Origin: Octopus bimaculoides
Taxonomy: Eukaryota
DNA length: 64,000 nt
Assembly: GCF_001194135.2 (NCBI RefSeq)
Contig: NC_068988.1
Location: forward strand, 93,806,842 to 93,870,841
Direction: 5' to 3'
Made by a program: the position numbers and the translations under genes. Below, in pieces: positions 36,001 to 49,269 of this stretch. The notes beneath the pieces are model-generated. The model worked only from the letters and a program-made list of their open reading frames with translations, had not been told where the DNA came from and made no database searches. The first letter of the stretch is position 1; the number at the start of each line of letters is the position of its first letter.

Positions 36001-38159
36001 AATAATGGCAAAAATAATTGGAAATTTCAGAAGAAACTGAACAAACGTGAATGTGTGTGTGTATGAGAGAGAGAGAGAGAGAGATGGGATGATGCAGAGT
36101 GAGAGAAAGAGGAGAGAGGTGATGTAGAGGAAGAAAGGGGGTGAGGAGGGTTGTTGAATTTGTAAAAAGTATTGGGAAACTGGACTCAAGCTCATCTGGG
36201 GACTTGAACAACAAACACACAAATGTTGGCCTTTCTATATGTTTCCTGATGCTTTTGTCATTCCTCGTGTCAGTTTTATTATTAACAACAGATCTGTCCT
36301 TTCGTTAAGTTAATCTGGGGAATAAGGGAGCAGGAAGTGTGACTGGTCGACAGACACTGTTGTAGCTATAATGGCAATGAGGAGAAAAGCTGTTGAAAAT
36401 GAACTCAGTCTAAATAGAATGTTCAGCAGAAAATAGCAGGAGTATAATCTATATAATTGGCTAAATGACATCTTAAATACAACCACACAAGTAACAGCAA
36501 CAAAACAGAGTTTTTGCAGTGTTAGGTTTTGTTTTTGAGGGTTTTATATATTTGATGTATTTTTTTTCTTTTTGTTTTTACTTTCCTCATTCTTCATTCT
36601 TGAACTCTTTTACCATGAAGATAGAAAAGAATGAAAGTATTTAAAACAAACAAACAAACAAACAAACAAAAGTGTGTAGATGTATTTTCAGAGAGTTGAC
36701 CACCAGAAATGGTATTAATATCACAGAACTCTTTGGAGAATTGAACCATTTCCAAAATGGTAAAAAGCTACACCAATTAGCTGAGTGAATGCAACCATAT
36801 ATTGCTCAAACTCTAAGCAGGACACAAGCTGACGTTATAGAAATCTTTGTTCCATAGTAATATGAGTGATTGACAGATGGTGGTGATTGACAGATGGTGG
36901 TGAAATTAGAGATGAATAAATAAAAGACACAAGGATAATGGTATTTTCTACCACCATAACGCCAACAACATCCAGTAACAACTTCCATTTAAAGGAATGA
37001 TAATGATGATGATGATGATGATGATGATGAAATTATGGTGGATAAAGAACATAATGATGGTGACAATAATGAAAATAAGATGATGATGATGATGATAATG
37101 GTGATAAAAGAGAAGACGAAGAAGTGACATAGGAATAAATGAACCAACAAGAAAGCTGTTAACCTGTTAGAAATAGCAACAAAATCTCTTTCTTAAATCA
37201 GACCCAACTATCTTTAGAGAAGGATATATTAGATAACACTAGGTTAAATACAGAATGCCTGAAAATAAGATGAATCTGCTTGGTTGAGACCTACCTAGGG
37301 CTAAACGGCAACAATTAAATATAGAAAAAAAAAAGGACAATAAATGAGAAGTAAACAATTGAGATGCTCTACAGTGAAGGTATAAACCAGGCATGGGTAA
37401 AGTTTTATGAGAAGTGGTTGGCACGAGACATGGCTCAGCATCAGGCAAAACGATAAATGTCGCCCTTTCAAAGCCTAGTCAGGCTCATGGGCCCGGTGTC
37501 CCGGTTTCTATGACATATATGTTCCCCCGCAGCTGGACGGGGACGCCAGTCCATTGCAGCGTTACTCAAGAAACAGGAAGAAAGAGTGAGAGAAAGTTGG
37601 GGCGAAAGAGCACAACAGGGGTCTCCGCTCCCCCTGCTGGAGCCTCGTGGAGCTTTTAGGTGTTTTCGTTCAATGAACACTCACAACGCCCGGTCTGGGA
37701 ATCGAAACCGCGATCCTCCAACCGTGAGTCTGCTGCCCAAACCACTGGGCCATTGCGCCTCCACAGCATCAGGCAAACCACACTATTAAAATATTCAAAG
37801 TAAATTCTCGTTATGCGTGCCATTCAGAAAGTCCAGCAAGATGCAGCCCTGCAGCCCACCAAATCCTGTTAAAGTAGCCCATCCATTTTTGTCCCTCAAT
37901 ATCAGACTCTACTCAGCAGAGGGGTCTTGTTGTGCAGCTACTTGATGAACTTACGAGTGCTGGGGCCATGAGAAAAGCACCCAGCATGCGGTGAAGTGGT
38001 TGGTGTTAGGAAGGGCATCCAGTTGTAGAAACCATGTCAACATAGACAGTTGGAGTTTGGCACAGCCTTCTGGTTTCTTTATTTATGACTTGTCCAAGCA
38101 GTATGGAAAAGGGGTGTTAAATATGTTAAACGATGATGATTTTATATTTATATACATAT

Positions 38160-38386
38160 AGGTGTAGGAGTGGCTGTGTGGTAAGTAGCTTGCTTACCAA
38201 CCATATAGTTCCGGGTTCAGTACCACTGTGTAGCACCTTGGGCAAGTGCCACCTACTATAGCCTTGGGCTGACCAAAGCCTTGGGCTGACCAAAGCCTTG
38301 GGCCGACCAAAGCCTTGGGCCGACCAAAGCCTTGGGAGTAGATTTGGTAGATGGAAACTGAAAGAAGCCTGTCATATATATATATT

Positions 38387-38443
<57 letters not shown>

Positions 38444-38585
38444 TTGTGTGTCTGTGTTTGTCCCAACAACATCACTTGACAGCTGATGCTGGTGTGTTTA
38501 CGTCTCCATAACTTAGCGGTTCAGCAAAAGAGACCGATAGAATAAGTACTAGGCTTACAAAGAATAAGTCCTGGAGTCAATTTAC
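38160..38585 (+). mobile_element. tRNA-derived SINE family C with an internal (TG)n and a 17-bp internal tandem amplification
   Basis: Head gtaggagtggctgtgtggtaagtagc...ggttcagtacc. Unit ccaaagccttgggc(t/c)ga is repeated about 4 times at 38270-38335. Other copies at about 13070-13430, 35040-35330(-), 42006-42390(-) and 56300-56580(-). Confidence 0.8.
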
Positions 38586-38724
38586 TGAAGCCAATGGCGA
38601 TTTTGAATAAATTTACTCTACTATTTCAAGATATTTTTATGTAATTTTGGTAAATATATCTGTTGAAATGAGATTTCAGTGTTATTTTCATTTTTGCGTA
38701 ATTTAGACAGCTTATTCAGTTCCC

Positions 38725-38791
<67 letters not shown>

Positions 38792-39019
38792 GTATGTATT
38801 TGTAAATATGTATGAGTGTGTACGTATATGCACATCATTGTCATCAACATTTAACGGGTGTTAAAAGTCGATGATGATGATGATGATGTGCACATATATA
38901 TACACAAATATATATATATATTTCTATTTTAGTAGAAGCAACAGCAAGACTCAAGGTCTGAGAGTTTTGTGTGCTGGCACTCATCAACATACATGTTTAC
39001 AAATACATATGTATGTGTG

Positions 39020-39067
<48 letters not shown>

Positions 39068-39721
39068 TGCATACCTATACACACTTTATACACATACATA
39101 CATGCATATATAATTTATATATACAATCTTTTGTTAAAATATACATGAATTTGTAAGTGTTCAATCTAACCCAAACCAACTTTAACCAACTTGTGTTAAG
39201 TTGAAAATATGGAACAAAAAAAAAAACACCCCCAAAAAACTCATCTTGTACAACATTAACATGTGAAGAAGCTCACAACAGAATTTCAGAATAATACTTA
39301 ATCCTGAAATTATTTAATAAATTAATAATTTGAAATTAAAAAAAATAACTTATGAAATATGAAATTTTCTAAACTTATAAAGCCAACGTTGTAAAAGAGA
39401 CAAGTATGGTATAATTGTGTATTCTGTATTTGTACAACTTTCTACTTACTTTCTGATAGATCACAAGTTTCTTTTCTTTATCCTATGTTTTTGGGTTGTT
39501 TTAATCCCACATTTTTATTTATCAAGCCTACTTCAAACTGAAGAACTCTTGTACAAGCTTTAGATTGTTCTATAACATTGTTTGTTGTTTGTCTGTAGCC
39601 TTCAGAACATTAGTTCTTGGCTTTCACATGAGAAATTATTAATAATGGTAATAAAAACCTAAAGACTGTGTTTGAAGAGTTTCCTGTTCAGAATTAGATA
39701 ACAACTAAAAGTATCGTTAAA

Positions 39722-39752
<31 letters not shown>

Positions 39753-42005
39753 GAAAGAAAACAAAACAAAAAAATGCAAACAAATCTCAGCAAAATAAAG
39801 GTTAAAAACAACAAAAAAAACCTTATCAAAAACAATATAAATATATATGATCAATAGTGTTTATATTCCATACTCTACAAGAAGTTCATTTTATTTGTAA
39901 AGTTTAATACCAAGTCTAGATATGTGTGTATGTGTGTCTGTATATATGTCTTTGTTTGCTGTGAATATAATGAGGAATTTTAAAATTCTATGATACATGA
40001 TTGAAAACGAAAAAGAGAACCGAAAAGTTTATATAAAAATTTTTAAAACGAAAAGCCAAAGAAAAACAAAACTGTAATTTTAGAAACTTTAAAGATGCAC
40101 AATATTCAGTAAAATAAAGAAGGAAAATAACAACAACAACAACAACTATAATAATAATAATGAGAAGAAGAAGAAGAACAACAACAACACAACAACAAAC
40201 AAAAATGAATGTAAAATTTGAAAGTGAAAAATAAAGAAGTAGAAAATGAGAATCTCTCTTCAATCTACATCAAATTGAATTCATTATAGGAAAGAAAGAC
40301 TCTTGTTTCTGGCTCTTTTTACTGCAATGATGCAACAAAATATAAGCATACATGTAGAATATTTGGAAACCATCAACACAAACACACACACACTTATACA
40401 CATATACACATGTGCACACTCGCTCACACAAACATTAAGAGAAGCAATGTCTTTGAATTTCAGGCTGATTAAAGAAGAACTCAGTTTTAAGAGGATTGGA
40501 TGTGAAAAATTTGACAATAAGATATTGTGATGATTATAGTGATTGGAAGAGGCTAGTAGTAGTTGCAATTAATCTAGACAACAATATAGAATCTATTCCA
40601 AAAGAATCCTTACCACTCTTCCTCCTCCACCACTACCACCGCCGCTGTCACAACCACCACCACGACTACTGCCACTACCAAAACTGCCCCGCCCTCAGCC
40701 CCCAGTTAGCTTCGACTATTATTGAAAGCTCTAACTTATATTATCTATAGGTTCTAAGCTGTTCCTATATATTATTTCAGTTGTGTCTCCCCTACTACTT
40801 CTTTCTACCTTACTGGCCTTATCCCTGGCACCAGGAAGCGTTCCATGGATTTCTGGATCAGCCCTGTTTAGAAGGTAACGAGTGATTAACGAACATCCTG
40901 CCCCTACTGGATAAAACGGAAGCCTGTCAACAGTTTTGTGCTCATAAGAGCATTTGAACCAATCACTACAGACTAATGATATACAACACACCTGCTTCTC
41001 AATGTAAAGAACATTTTCTACTCTAGGCACAAGACCCGAAATGTTTGGGGCAGGGGCCAGTCGATTAAATCAACCCCAGTACGCAACTGGTACTTAATTT
41101 ATCAACCCCGAAAGGATGAAAGGCAAAGTTGACCTTGGCGGAATTTGAACTCGTGGCCGTTGCCAGTATCGCCTGACTGGCCTTCATGCGGGTGACACGT
41201 AAAAGCACCTACTACACTCTCTGAGTGGTTGGCATTAGGAAGGGCATCCAGCTGTAGAAACTCTGCCAAATTTAGATTGGAGCCTGGTGTTGCCATCCGG
41301 TTTCACCAGTCCTCAGTCAAATCGTCCAACCCATGCTAGCATGGAAAGCGGACGTTAAACGATGATGATGATGATGATGAACGCAAAGACAGGTGAAAGA
41401 CCGCTAAACATTTTGCTCAGGGTGCTAACGTTTCTATCAGCTCACTGCCTTAAATGTATCTTCTTTTCTACTAAAGGCACAAAGCCTGAAAATTGGGGGA
41501 GGGTACCAGTCGATTACATCGACCCCAGTACGCAAGCGTTAAATGATGATGATAGTCACATGACATTACAAAATCCTTATACCTAATTATTCCTGATTAT
41601 ATATTCTCGTTAAGTGAGTTTTCCCTTTCTTCTTTTGGTTTAGTTATGAGGAAGAAGCAGGGCTTTTGGTCCTCACAGACCCTGACAGGGACAAATGAGG
41701 CCGACATGGTTAATCTTCCTCTTGAATAATTGCAAGTTTATCACTGCAAGACACAAAAAAAAAAAGAAGAAAAAACCACAACAAAAAACATGGGTATGGA
41801 GAGGTAGGTTGGGTGCGGGGGTTAGCATTGGCATTAGGATTAGGGTTGAACGTGGAGGGAGAACACACTACGAATGATGAGACGGGGAAGGAGAAACAAG
41901 TGAGTGAGGAGTACTTGAGTGAAGGTGACGCAAGACCAGGCAGTTTGGAGGAGCAGTGGCTGTTATAGTAGGAGAGAGAGAGAGAGGGGGAGTGAGGGCA
42001 CCTAT

Positions 42006-42390
42006 ACTCTTTTACTTGTGGCCATGCTGGAGCACCGCCTTTAAGTCAAGCAAATCGACCCCAGGACTTATTCTTTGGAAACCTAGTACTTATTCTATCG
42101 GTCTCTTTTGCCGAACCGCTATGTTACGGGGACGTAAACACACCAGCATCGGTTGTCAAGCGATGTTGGGGGGACAAACACAGGCACACAAACATAAACA
42201 CACACACATATATACATACATATATATGACAGGCTTCTTTCAGTTTCCGTCTACCAAATCCACTCACAAGGCTTTGGCCGACCCGAGGCTATAGTAGAAG
42301 ACACTTGCCCAAGGTGCCACGCAGTGGGACTGAACCCGGAACCATGTGGTTGGTAAGCAAGCTACTTACCACACAGCCACTCCTATGCCT
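42006..42390 (-). mobile_element. Near full-length SINE family C copy
   Basis: The - strand has A box TGGCTGTGTGG and B box GGTTCAGTCCC, a body ...gatttggtagacggaaactgaaagaagcc..., and a 3' end ggcggtgctccagcatggcc. Confidence 0.8.
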
Positions 42391-43299
42391 ATGTGTGAAC
42401 AATTTAATGTAATCAGTCTCTATATTTACCTCCTGCTTAATAGAAACTCCAGCCAGTTGGCCAACACCTATTGTTTAAAGAAAGGCTCTGTATGAAATAT
42501 TTGATGTTTATGTTTCCCATCATACGCGAACATCTTTGACTTTTAGCTTTTTACCAAATTGACTAATTAACTCTTACTGACACAAACCACTAATAAACAC
42601 CTTCCTTAAATTATACTAATTACACTTCATCAATACCATATTAATTATACACTAATTATACCCTATTAATTTTGTCTAGCTATAACTCTTTACAGTCAAG
42701 AAGTGACATCAATAAAGGAAAAAAAAAACAATAAAAAGTTCCATTAGATATTATCTGTGAAATTTTATTTTATTTTCAGTTAGTTTTGCAGAACTTGTGC
42801 AGATCTTTACAAAGCTAAGCAAGCTGTTTATATTTGCTATGTCAATATCTCCTGCCTGATCAAGACTTAAGCCAAGTTGTTCAACGGACACTGTGATATT
42901 TGAGTTATTGACAATCTCCCTTGGCACTTGCATTCTGCTACAACCACCACCCCACCACCCCACGGAAAGAACTTGTTTAAGACTCTGGCCAGTCTCGATT
43001 CAATCTCCTTCGATCCAATGAGATTTACAACAGCATCCCACGGGACCGATCTCTGCTAACAAAAGCCTGAATCGGTCTGCGGTCAGAGAACCAGCTGTTG
43101 TCCAACGTTGAATGTTGATTCTGCACAGCACCTCTGTCACCTGCAATTTATTACAAGGGTGTCTTCATAAGTGAGAAATGCTGCAACATGACAATGCACT
43201 GCTGCATCAGCACTAACAAGATGACAGAAGCATGGAGAGAAAGGCTGGGAAGGAGATAAGAAAGGAAAGGAAGAAAGAGGGAAAGAGCATAATGAATGT

Positions 43300-43693
43300 A
43301 ACCACCATTAAGACCACCATTACCACTCTGTTCTAACAACCTGTGCCATTTTTATTACCATTGTTGCTACCATCATCAACACCATTATCATGGCTTCTAA
43401 CAACCACTGCCATTATTGCTGGACGAAACGACCGACCATCACTACTGATGCTACCATCACCAAAACATACACAGAACTCCTACTACAACCACAACCAACA
43501 CACTCCCACCATCATTTCTTGCTATACCACCGCTGCCGCCATCACCACCACCACGACCATCACCTCCAAACTTACTGCCACTACCACTACTATGACAACG
43601 ACGACGACGACGACGACCACTACTACTACCGTCGTCATCATCACCATCACCACCACCGCCACCAGCATCACCTCCACACTTACTGCCACTACC

Positions 43694-43725
<32 letters not shown>

Positions 43726-43855
43726 CACCACCACCACCACTGGCGCCATCACCTCCACAACCACTATCACCACTACTACCACTGCCACCATCACCACCAC
43801 TGTCGTCGTCATCATCATCATCATCACCAGCACCAGAACCAGAGCTCAGTGACTC
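43300..43855. repeat. Cryptically simple (ACC/ACT/ATC/ACG)n trinucleotide tract
   Basis: Mixed trinucleotide runs yield poly-Thr, poly-His and poly-Gly/Val pseudo-ORFs. The unit CACCTCCA(A/C)ACTTACTGCCACTACCACTACTA occurs twice (about 43561 and 43671). Confidence 0.85.
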
Positions 43856-44814
43856 AATAGCACCAAAGCCAGCCACAGTAGTGGGAGCTAACACAAATGG
43901 ACCATGTCACTGAAGACTGAGAGGGTGGCGAAGCAGGACGAGGAGGAGGAGGAGGAGACGGTGGGCAGCAGATCAATTTCTAACACAGCTGTACAAGGAG
44001 CGAGGTTGGCAGAATGGAGAAGAGCAGAGAGGCAGCGGCGGGAGTGAAAAATTGCTATTAGAAGAGGCAGAGGGGGAGAAGGGATGAAGACAGAATGGAA
44101 GGAGGTGAAGTTCACAGGGAAGCAGAGGTGGAAAATGGTAAGGGAAGGGAAAGGACGAGGTGAGGCTGCCTTGTGTGCAAACACTGGCCAAATTGAAGAT
44201 GTTGTTTCTTCTAACTCAATCAGCCAACCCAAAGACAGCTTGAGATTGTTAGCTAAATTACTACAGATAGATATGCGGCAGTGATTTATCACCCACCCCG
44301 CCACCAGCACCACCACCACCACCACGATCTGTATTATTTGCTTTTGTGTCAAACAAGCAGAGAGATGAATTAGGGAGCATAAGCAGGGAGAGTTGTTGTC
44401 TGTGGCCCTTTGAAACTGCTAACAGCAACACCTTATGTCTAACAACACCTTCGCATATAACAATTAGAGCCAACCTATTCAAACGTTCTTCTCATGTAGA
44501 TTGCTTCCACACCAAATTTCTAAGCCTAGACACACTCTTACTTACAGTTACCAAACACCCAGAACTTTTATTTGTAATAACCAACTCAATCAAGCAAAAA
44601 AATAGACAGGAAATTTTCTCAAAGAATAATTTCATATTTCCTTGATTTTTAATTTTTTTTATTTTTCCTTTGAAGAGTTTAGTTGGTATTCTACTGCCAT
44701 AATTCCTCAACAATTAATAACAAAATAACCAAATGAAGTTGACAACTTTTTTTTAACTAAATAAGGATGCATTGAACAGTACTAACTTCTGATCCTCATT
44801 TTCATTTACACTGG

Positions 44815-44850
<36 letters not shown>

Positions 44851-45254
44851 GTGAGCCAAAGTGGCTGATTAAAAAGTTCATTTAGTAACAACATGGTTCT
44901 GAGTTCAATCTTACTACATGACATCTCTGGATGACCAATGGTTTGTGAGATTTGACAGACAAAAATTGCACCCCCCCCCAAAAAAAAAACCCCAACAATA
45001 AAATAAACATCATGTATATATGCACACGCACACATATATATATTTACATGATCATTGTCTTTTAATATCTGCCTTTCATGCTGGCATGGATGGTTTGCCA
45101 GGATCCAGCAAAGGATAGCACCATGGTCTAATGTCTTTGTCATAGTTTCTACAGCAGGATGCCCTTCCTAACACTAACCATTCTACAGAAGGTACTGTGT
45201 GCTTTTTTCTCATAGCATCACCTTTAGTGAGGCTGCCATGTAGCTGCAAGCCTA

Positions 45255-45460
45255 AGGTACCTACAATCAATAATCCCTCCGACCATGACTAATCTAATCC
45301 TTCCTACCATGACTAAACTAATACCTCCTACCATCATTAAACTAATCCCTCCTACCATCACCAAACTAATTCCTTCTACCATCACTAATCTAACACCTCT
45401 GACCATCATTAATCTAATCCTTCCTACCACCACTAATCTTAATCCCTCCAATTACTATCA
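45255..45460. repeat. 24-bp minisatellite (CCATCACTAATCTAATCCTTCCTA), about 8 diverged copies
   Basis: Direct tandem units. Explains the periodic ORFs 45224-45451 and 45285-45524. Confidence 0.88.
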
Positions 45461-47016
45461 TTACTTCTTTGTTACAATCATAAATCTCTTGATTTATGAT
45501 TTTAATCTGATGAGGAAATGTTGAGATTTGTTTGCTATTTACCTTCACTTTTTCTCATCTGCCTCTCACCTCTCTCTCTTTTATATACACACAGACCAAC
45601 ACCCATTATCCCCCCCCTCTCTCTCTCTCTTTCACGAACTCACTCAATTTCCTTGTTTTGCTTTATTGCACTTGTTTCTCTTTGTGTGTGTATAAAAGTA
45701 GACCTCAGTTCATGTTGTTTCAAGTTATGTCTTTTTTTACTTCATGTCATCAGTTTTTAAAAAAAAAAAAGAAATTAATGGGAAAAATAACCTCAACTTT
45801 AGTTGATTTATCAGACTTCAAGTCAGTCTTAGCAAATATATTTAAAAGCATGCAAGTTTTTTTTTTAAATACTTAAAAACCAACACGAAAGTGGAAAATC
45901 AAATAAAATACATGTGAAAATATGTACAAATCATTTATTAGAACCACTAAAAGCTAATAAATTGTGAAAAATGTACACAGTTACAATGTTTACATTTATT
46001 TACATGACTTTTAGGACCAAAAGTTCTAAAATTCCACAGTGAAGTAGCATTGTAGTACATACCAGAAAATTCAAATGTGTGTTTGTGTTTGCTGTGTATA
46101 AATATGTTTTTATACATTATACATTCCAAGAAGGCTCCTACAGCCATATCTAAGAATAGGAACCATGAAGGCACACAAACAACAATGTAAGTAATATCTG
46201 GGGCACCCAGGCCATACATTTGGAGGGAAGGCTTAGGTAATTAGAGTGGTAACTTCTACATGTGCCACCTAGTGGCTCATTGCTAACTTCACACAACTGC
46301 CATATACACCACCAGTGGTACATCATCATCGTTTAGTGTCCGTTTTCTATGCTGGCATGGGTTGGATGGTCTGACTGAGGTCTGGAAAGCCAGTGGCTGC
46401 ACCGATCTGCATCATAGAGAAATACTGTCAGGAATAGATGTGACGTCTCTGAACAAAACTGAGTGGAGCGCACTGCTTTGATGTGTTTCGTCCATAAGCA
46501 ACACCCAGGTACAATGTTTGCAGAAATGCAGCAGGAATTAAAGTGCAATGTGTGCGGATGATTACCACACAGCTATGCCTATTTCAAAGAAAACAATGAT
46601 GTGAGGAAGATTCAGCAACTACTTTTAGCTGGTTGTGCAAACAGCAAAGAGGCTCCTAATTGATTCATAGTTGCTGTATTATTGATGTTGCTATTGTGGT
46701 TGTTGGTGTTGGTGATGTTATCGGAGAAGTGATGATGTTAATTTGTTTATAGCTAAAGTGTTAATGTTAGAGACGTGAAGTGTGGGTTTGTGTGATAAAA
46801 TAATCATTGTAGTTAGAGATTATTATGTTGATGGGGCTGGGGGGTGGTGGTGTTATTAATGCTATAGCTGCTAATATTTTGGTCATTATTTAACCCAAGG
46901 CCAACACAGATCCAGCAGACTTGCGATCAAAGGTGTAGTTTTTTTTGGGAGATGTTCTGTAAACATGACTGATAGGAGTGACATATTAGTGTTGAGAGTT
47001 GGGGAAGAAAGACAAG

Positions 47017-47091
<75 letters not shown>

Positions 47092-47899
47092 AAGGAAGAC
47101 AGCGAAGGTGATTATGTTGCCAATATCGGTGAAACAATATTGGATGTGCAACATATGTACAAACAGTGACCAATGATCAGAACCAGATGCCCAGGAGAAA
47201 AAAACGGGGTGACACCACACCCTAACACCAAACAACGAACCCATAATCAATTAAGAAAACAGCAAGGCAGACATTGGTTAGGGATAAACAGAGGGACCAT
47301 GATGACGAAGATGACGACGATGATGATGATGATGATGATGGTGAAGGAGAAGGAGCAGCAAGGAAAGGCTGGATGAATTACTACACACACACACACACAC
47401 ACACACTCACACACGTGTGTGGAGATGGATATCTGGAAACGATGGGGAGGGGGGAGGAGGAGGAGAGGTTGAGTAGACGAATGATGCAAGAGAGTAAAGA
47501 TGATAGGAAAAGAAAAAGAGAGAAGAAACATAAAGGAAACTTTGTGAAGAAAGGGAGGAAAATAGGAAGTATGGAATGTGTGAATGAGATGAAAGGAGGG
47601 AGGAGCAGGAGGAGGAGGAGGTGGGGTAGAAAAGAACCAGGGGCACGGATGACAGCCTTATATCTACAGATGCATTTTTGACTTGTTACTGAGTGTAGAC
47701 AGTGGAGGACTTGGTGGGATATTTGATCAATGTGCTTATATCTAGTAGACAGAGAGTGTGTATGAGAGAGAAAGAAAGAGAGAGAGAGAGAGAGAGAGGG
47801 AGGGAGAAATACTACTGCAACTACCATTGCTGCTGTCATGGTATACAAGGAAACAGTTTGGTTAGAAATGCACTGCACCCTGTGTAATGATCCACTGTT

Positions 47900-48320
47900 C
47901 AGTGGTAATCCCTCAACTATCAGGTGTTACGTTCCAAAACCACCTGCGATAGGTGAAAATCCACGAAGTAGAAACAGCACTGTTCTGCATATTATTTTTT
48001 AATCATTTTTATAATTTGTGTATATTTATTTCATTATAAATGCAAAACAACACCACACATTCGCCTCCCGAGTTCCGTTTTCCATACAGTATGTGCAATT
48101 CTTTCTTTACTCATCTAAGGTACACTACGCATTTTCTTTTAATATATTTTAATTAATGTGTTATACAGTGCAGTACTGTACTCTATTTTTATTTATTAAT
48201 TTTTAGGCATGGAAATGTTTATTTTACCACAGAAATAATTCAAATCTAAAAAAAATATAAATACCTATCGGCTGCAGAAACCTGCGATATAAATTTACCT
48301 ATATTAGCCAGAAAAATCCA
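47900..48320 (+). mobile_element. Probable pogo/Tigger-like MITE lacking a recognisable right TIR
   Basis: Begins CAGTGGTAATCCCTCAACTATC...GCGATAGGTGAAAATCC, has an AT-rich body, and ends in agccagaaaaatcc before running into a 30-bp array that shares GCGATAGGTGAA. Confidence 0.5.
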
Positions 48321-48552
48321 AGATGTACCGAGTGTGTGATAGGTGAACTGTGATGCACTGAGTGCATGACAGGTGAACCACGGTGTACTGAGTGTGCAAT
48401 AGGTGAACAGCGATGTACTGAGCGCACGACAGGTGAACTGTGATGGGTGAACCGCGATGCACTGAGTTCATGACAGGTGAACTGCAATGCACTGAGTGTG
48501 CAATAGGTGAAGCATGATGCACTGAGTGCACGATAGGTGAACAGCAATATGA
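48321..48552. repeat. 30-bp minisatellite (AGGTGAACTGTGATGCACTGAGTGCATGAC), about 7-8 copies
   Basis: Direct tandem units with one internally deleted unit. Explains ORFs 48299-48601 and 48304-48606. Confidence 0.88.
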
Positions 48553-49213
48553 GTTTAAAGTGGCAGTTTGGTAGAATTGATAGAGCTTTGCCAAAAAACA
48601 CTGCATTAATGGTTTGTAGCCATTATCTCAACATGTATTTCTAGTATATACAGTATATCTTTATTACCTCTCAAGAGATTCATCTTATAATGATTTTAAT
48701 TTCCTAAATTAATCATCTAAAAATTACTGAATCGAAACAGCTGTCAGAGATGTTGTCATATTTTATAATTAATAAATAATATTTTATTAATTACCTCTTC
48801 ATTTTCTCCTTATTCTTTACACACACACACACATATATATATGTATGTGTGTGTATAAAGATATATACATATATATATGTGTGTGTGTGTATATATATAT
48901 CTTTACATGCATGCACACACATACATACAACAAACTTTGGTCAGTCTAAGGCCATAGCAGAAAATAATTATGTAAGGGGCCATGAAGAGGGACTGAACTA
49001 GAAGCCATGTGGTTAGGAAATCAACTCCCTAACCACATGGTCATAAGCCAAGGAGTAGCCAATTTAGTTGTGGAACAAGCAGAATACACACCACTGAAGG
49101 TGAATCAGACAATCGGTTTATGTATATATGTGTGTAGATGCAAATGTCTATCTGCATAAATGTAGACGTATATGTAAACAGATATTTATAGCTGTAGACT
49201 TGTCTGTCAATTA

Positions 49214-49269
<56 letters not shown>

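Noticed and set aside
21960-48552. Short tandem arrays (16, 17, 24 and 30 bp units) as CRISPR arrays
   Set aside because: There are no unique spacers and no cas genes, and the context is eukaryotic; they are minisatellites.
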